Source: Rhynchobatus australiae (lineage: Eukaryota). From it: 64,000 nt of DNA. Below, in pieces: positions 63,182-64,000 of this stretch. The first letter of the stretch is position 1; every line of letters starts with the position of its first letter. The translations under genes and the position numbers were made by a program. Under the pieces are notes generated by a model. That model saw only the letters and a program-made list of their open reading frames with translations, was not told where the DNA came from and did not search any database. Location of the stretch: NCBI GenBank assembly GCA_034780895.1, contig JAUZTB010000098.1:89058201-89122200 (forward strand), in the 5' to 3' direction.

Positions 63182-63712
63182 ACAGCCAACATGGCTTTGT
63201 GAAGGACAGATCATGTCTCACAAGCCTGATAGGGTTCTTTGAGGAGGTGACCAGGCAGATTGATGAGGGTAGTGCAGTAGATATGGTCTACATGGATTTT
63301 AGTAAGACATTTGACAAGGTTCCACATGGTAGGCTTCTTCAGAAAGTCAAAGGGCATGGGATCCAGGGAGGTTTGGCCGTGTGGATTCAGAATTGGCTTG
63401 CCTGTAGAGGGTTGTGGTGGAGGGAGTGCATTCAGATTGGAGGGCTGTGACTAGTGGTGTCCCACAAGGATCAGTTCTGGGANNNNNNNNNNNNNNNNNN
63501 NNNNNNNNNNNNNNNNNNNNNNNNNNNNNNNNNNNNNNNNNNNNNNNNNNNNNNNNNNNNNNNNNNNNNNNNNNNNNNNNNNCATATGGAGGAATTTAAA
63601 ATAGAGGGATATGTGGGAGGAAGGGGTTAGATAGTCTTTGGCGAGGTTTAAAGGTTGGCACAACATTGTGGGCCAAAGGGCCTGTATTGTGCTGCACTAT
63701 TCTATGATTCTA
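63182..63712 (+). mobile_element. CR1 LINE RT fragment and 3' tail (middle collapsed in a gap)
   Basis: SQHGFVKDRSCLTSLIGFFEEVT...VDMVYMDFSKTFDKVPHGRLL and VTSGVPQGSVLG, then the GGGCCAAAGGGCCTGTATTGTGCTG tail. Confidence 0.92.
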
Positions 63713-64000
63713 CTTGCAGCCCTGAACCCCATTGCCCAATGTCAATACCATTCCCAATTATAGTCTCCAATAGTGTGTATATTAAACTCCTATTCTATAA
63801 ACTATAAGTGACTGAAATTTCCTTGTCAAACAAACTGTGGCTTTTCAGAATCCTTGTTTGTGAATAACTTTCATCTCATTAAAGAGTGAACCTGCACAGG
63901 GAGGGATGTACTATCATGAGGACATTTCAGTGTCCTCCAGCTCTTTAATCTGTCACTTTCAAAGTGATTGCATTTAGATCAAAGACTCTTTCAAATTTTA

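Noticed and set aside
19600-64000. Search for FOXC1, FOXQ1, a FoxL remnant, or any other gene or tRNA/rRNA
   Set aside because: No second forkhead domain or RNA gene is visible. The long ORFs in the track are TE-derived or run through N gaps.

Overview
This is AT-rich vertebrate genomic DNA. The repeat content (CR1, Penelope-like, Rex1/Babar, Tx1, RTE, L2, V-SINE, Deu-domain SINE) suggests a cartilaginous fish, from a gapped short-read-type assembly. It holds one protein-coding gene: the two-exon forkhead factor FOXF2 (+ strand, CDS 8753-9734 and 12264-12427, 381 aa). The gene sits in a CpG-retaining, transposon-poor domain (about 1-19.4 kb) with convergent CTCF-like motifs and several enhancer-like blocks. 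The remaining ~45 kb is a CpG-depleted gene desert, expected by vertebrate synteny to run toward FOXC1, and is filled with decayed retroelements. The most notable non-genic signals are: (1) Penelope-like termini carrying minimal hammerhead ribozyme motifs; (2) fold-back and composite Penelope insertions with target-site duplications, one possibly carrying captured DNA; (3) a 24-bp templated patch inside a triple-nested CR1/CR1/SINE; (4) miR-200, miR-183 and miR-130/301 seed sites in the FOXF2 3' UTR. I found no convincing wholly novel system. Repeat boundaries are approximate, and family calls come from recalled consensus features, not from database searches.
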